Assembly (NCBI GenBank): GCA_963725865.1 | Contig: CAVSAC010000012.1 | Location: 384,001 to 448,000, forward strand | DNA length: 64,000 nt | Reading direction: 5' to 3' | From: Candidatus Eiseniibacteriota bacterium | Lineage (GTDB): Bacteria; Eisenbacteria; RBG-16-71-46 | Shown: positions 61,245 to 64,000 of the stretch, piece by piece | How the letters are laid out: each line of letters opens with the position of its first letter | Position numbering within the stretch: the stretch's first letter is position 1 | Notes under the pieces: generated by a model | Told to the model about the DNA's origin: nothing | Seen by the model: only the letters and a program-made list of their open reading frames with translations | Databases searched by the model: none | Program-made: the position numbers and the translations under genes

Positions 61245-63605
61245 TCACGGCAGTCCGACCCGCCGGACCAGGGCCTGGAACCGCGGGTCGTCGCGCAGGC
61301 TCTCGTACGCCGGCTCCACCTTGATGAACAGCACGTCCCCCGAGCGCTCGGCGAACGCGTGTTCCAGCGCATCCAGCGCACCCTCGCGGTCCCCCAACCG
61401 GGCCAGGGTGGTCGCCAGCCGCTCGTGGTGGATCGGGTCGGTGCGGCTGCGGTCCCGGAGGACGGCGAGGACGGTGCGCCAGTACCCGGTGGGCCCGGAC
61501 TCGCGATACGCGCGCCGCAGCGCGTCGACTCGCTGCCTGCCGCCGTCCGCTTCGGCGAGGTGGCTCTCCAGCAGCTCAAGCGCCGCCTTGTATTCGCCGC
61601 GCTGCTCGTGGATCCGCAGGATCGAGCCGAAGATGAGCCGCGAATCGGGCGCCGTCTCGGCCGCGCGCTGGGCCTCGGCGAGGGCCTCGTCGTAACGGTG
61701 GCCCAGGTACAGGGTCGAGATCGCGTTCCAGTGGGCGATGATCGAGAGCGGATCCAGCTCGAGCGCCCGGCGGCTCTCCTGGATCGACTCCTCCGCGCGG
61801 CCGGCGGCGGCGAGCAGGATCGAATGCAGGAGGTGGGCCTCGGCGTAGCCGGGATTCAATTCGATCGCGCGCAGCAGGTGCCGTTCGCCCTCCGCCCAAT
61901 CCCAGTCTCCGAAGAACAGGGCGGCGCCCATCGAGGTGTGGGCTTCCGCCGAATGCTCGTCGGCGTCGAGCGCCTGGCGCGCGTACTGCTCGACCTTCAC
62001 CATTCCCTCGTGGGTCGGCAGGCGCTCCAGCAGCTGGGTCAGCACCAGGTACGCGTCGGCGAGCGCACTGCCGTAGCGGGCGTCCCCCGGATCGAGCGCC
62101 AGTGCCCTCTCGAAGTGCGCGATCGAGGCGCGCACACCCGCGTCGGTGACCATGTTCCCCTGGAAGCGCCCTTGCAGGTACTCCTCGTAGGCCTGCGGAT
62201 TCACGGCTCGGTGGCTCGCGAGGTTCTCGCTGACGCGCGGCGAGACCTGGAGCTGGATCTCCTGCGCGATGTCGCGCGCCACCTCGCTCTGCAGGGTGAG
62301 GATGTCGCGGAAGTCCCGCTCGAAGCTGCGCGCCCACAGGTGGTGGTCGCTCGCGGCCTCGATCAGCTGCGCGGTGATGCGCACGCGGTCGCCGGCGCGC
62401 AGCACCGAGCCCTCGACCACCGCGTCGACGCCCAGCGCCTTCGCGATCTCGCGCAGCGGCTGCTGCGAGCCCTTGAACCGCATCACCGAGGTGCGCGAGA
62501 TCACCTTGAGCGACGGGATCGGCGCCAGGTCGGTGATCAGCTCCTCGGTCATGCCGTCGGCGAAGTACTCCTGCGCCGGGTCGCCCGAGAGGTTCGCGAG
62601 CGGCAGCACGGCGAGCGAGCGGATGCGCGGGCGGGCGGGCGCCTGCGCGAGCCGCTCGCGCAGCCCGCCGGGCGCGAACACCACGGCGGCCGCGATCGCG
62701 AGCAGCGCGACGCCCGCCAGCGGCAGCGCGGCGCGCCGCAGCCCCGCGCCCGCTCCGGCGGGCGCGCGGGCGCGCCCCAGCGCCTCGAGGGCGACGCGCA
62801 CCTCGCCGCCGCGCTGGTAGCGGCGCTCCGGCTGCTTGGCGAGACAGCGGGTGATCACCGCGCGGAGGCCGGCCGGCACGCCCGCGCCGAGCGGGGCGGG
62901 TTCCTGGCCGGTGATCGCGTTCGCGAGCGCGGGCAGCGAGGCGGCGTCGAAGGGGAGCCGCCCGGCGGCCATCTGATAGAGCACCACGCCGAGCGCCCAG
63001 ACATCGCCGCGCGCGTCGGCCGTCGCGCCGAGGAGCACCTCGGGCGGCAGGTGGTTCGGCGTGCCCATCACGGTGCCCACGGTGGTGAGGTCCAGCTCGC
63101 TGGTCGCATCGAGCGCGCCGGTCTGCGGCAGCCGCTTGGCGATCCCGAAGTCCAGCACCTTCACGTGCTGCGCGGGCGTGAGCATGACGTTCGAGCTCTT
63201 GAGGTCGCGGTGGATGACGCCGTGCTGGTGAGCGTAGGCGAGCGCGTCGGCGATCTGCACGCCGATGCGCAGCACGGTGTCGGCGGCCAGCCCGCCGGGC
63301 GGGATCGACTGCTGCAGCGTGCGGCCCTCGACCAGCTCCATCGCGATGAACACGCGGCCGTCGTGCTCGCCGACCTCGTAGACGTGCGTGATGTTGGGAT
63401 GCGCGAGCGAGGAGGCCATCCGCGCCTCGCGCACCAGCCGGGAGCGCGCCGTCGCGTCATCGGTGCTGTCGGCGAGCAGCACCTTGAGCGCCAGGTCGCG
63501 CCCGAGGCGGTCGTCGTGGGCGCGGTACACCGCGCCCATGCCGCCCTGCCCGAGCGGACCGACGATGCGGTAGTGGGAGACCTGGCCGGTCAGCTGGTCG
63601 CTCAT
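61245..63605 (-). CDS. Hanks-type Ser/Thr kinase with TM, TolB-N-like and TPR domains
   Basis: GQGGMG, ALKVL, HRDLKSSN, DFG, DVWALG; SLAVLPLANLSGD; TPRs. Confidence 0.92.
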   Translation of the reverse strand: MSDQLTGQVSHYRIVGPLGQGGMGAVYRAHDDRLGRDLALKVLLADSTDDATARSRLVREARMASSLAHPNITHVYEVGEHDGRVFIAMELVEGRTLQQSIPPGGLAADTVLRIGVQIADALAYAHQHGVIHRDLKSSNVMLTPAQHVKVLDFGIAKRLPQTGALDATSELDLTTVGTVMGTPNHLPPEVLLGATADARGDVWALGVVLYQMAAGRLPFDAASLPALANAITGQEPAPLGAGVPAGLRAVITRCLAKQPERRYQRGGEVRVALEALGRARAPAGAGAGLRRAALPLAGVALLAIAAAVVFAPGGLRERLAQAPARPRIRSLAVLPLANLSGDPAQEYFADGMTEELITDLAPIPSLKVISRTSVMRFKGSQQPLREIAKALGVDAVVEGSVLRAGDRVRITAQLIEAASDHHLWARSFERDFRDILTLQSEVARDIAQEIQLQVSPRVSENLASHRAVNPQAYEEYLQGRFQGNMVTDAGVRASIAHFERALALDPGDARYGSALADAYLVLTQLLERLPTHEGMVKVEQYARQALDADEHSAEAHTSMGAALFFGDWDWAEGERHLLRAIELNPGYAEAHLLHSILLAAAGRAEESIQESRRALELDPLSIIAHWNAISTLYLGHRYDEALAEAQRAAETAPDSRLIFGSILRIHEQRGEYKAALELLESHLAEADGGRQRVDALRRAYRESGPTGYWRTVLAVLRDRSRTDPIHHERLATTLARLGDREGALDALEHAFAERSGDVLFIKVEPAYESLRDDPRFQALVRRVGLP

Positions 63606-64000
63606 CGTGGCTCCGCGGGAGGACGGCGCCGCAGCGCCTCGAGGTCGAGCTGGATGGAGTGGTGCGAGCGCATCAGGTCGTCGAGCACCTGCTCGCGGTC
63701 GCGCGCCGGCTCGGTCGCGCGGCGGCGGGTGGCGCGCTCGGGCTCGAGGTGCGGCCACAGCACCTCGCGCACCGCGGCGGGCAGGACGCTCTCGAGGTAC
63801 TCGAGCGCGGTCCCGCGCAGCAGCAGGTCGTCCGCGAACAGGCCGCGGAACGCGATCCGCAACGGCTCGCGCGGGAGCACCAGCGTGAGCAGCGTGAACA
63901 CGTGCTCGAGGCTGCGCCCCGCGCGCCGCCGCAGGAACTCGTCGACCGCGCCGCCCTCGCCGCGCTCCTCGAGGCCCTCGAGCTCGCGATGCGAATCCCA
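63602..64000 (-). CDS. C-terminal part of a HEAT-repeat-type protein (truncated by the window edge)
   Basis: RSLEHVFTLL...LRGTALEYLESVLP; stop overlaps the kinase ATG. Confidence 0.6.
   Translation of the reverse strand, partial: WDSHRELEGLEERGEGGAVDEFLRRRAGRSLEHVFTLLTLVLPREPLRIAFRGLFADDLLLRGTALEYLESVLPAAVREVLWPHLEPERATRRRATEPARDREQVLDDLMRSHHSIQLDLEALRRRPPAEPR

Overview
High-GC bacterial chromosomal window. The many secreted proteins with C-terminal FlgD-Ig/T9SS-CTD-like tails and a 'SWGRIKSLY' tail suggest an FCB-related lineage such as Ca. Eisenbacteria (inference only). I saw no rRNA, tRNA, CRISPR array or integrase. Main content: a phosphoketolase operon; two paralogous sigma54 enhancer-binding-protein clusters (4.8-11.3 kb and 47-58 kb) with eight readable -24/-12 promoters and two upstream motifs, driving OMP, BON, lmo0937, DUF3185, PA2779/C39 and DoxX envelope-stress genes; a 2882-aa cyclic beta-1,2-glucan synthase; an HNH + DUF429-like nuclease pair; an ECF sigma / anti-sigma / exported TPR-CHAT protease / 14x FG-GAP locus linked by a shared ECF-type promoter; secreted repeat proteins; a TonB-receptor-like OM protein; FabH; a Ser/Thr kinase; and two cold-shock genes sharing a ~190-nt structured leader with an internal terminator and a competing antiterminator. 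Several single-base frameshifts probably reflect assembly error. All family calls come from motif recognition, not database searches.
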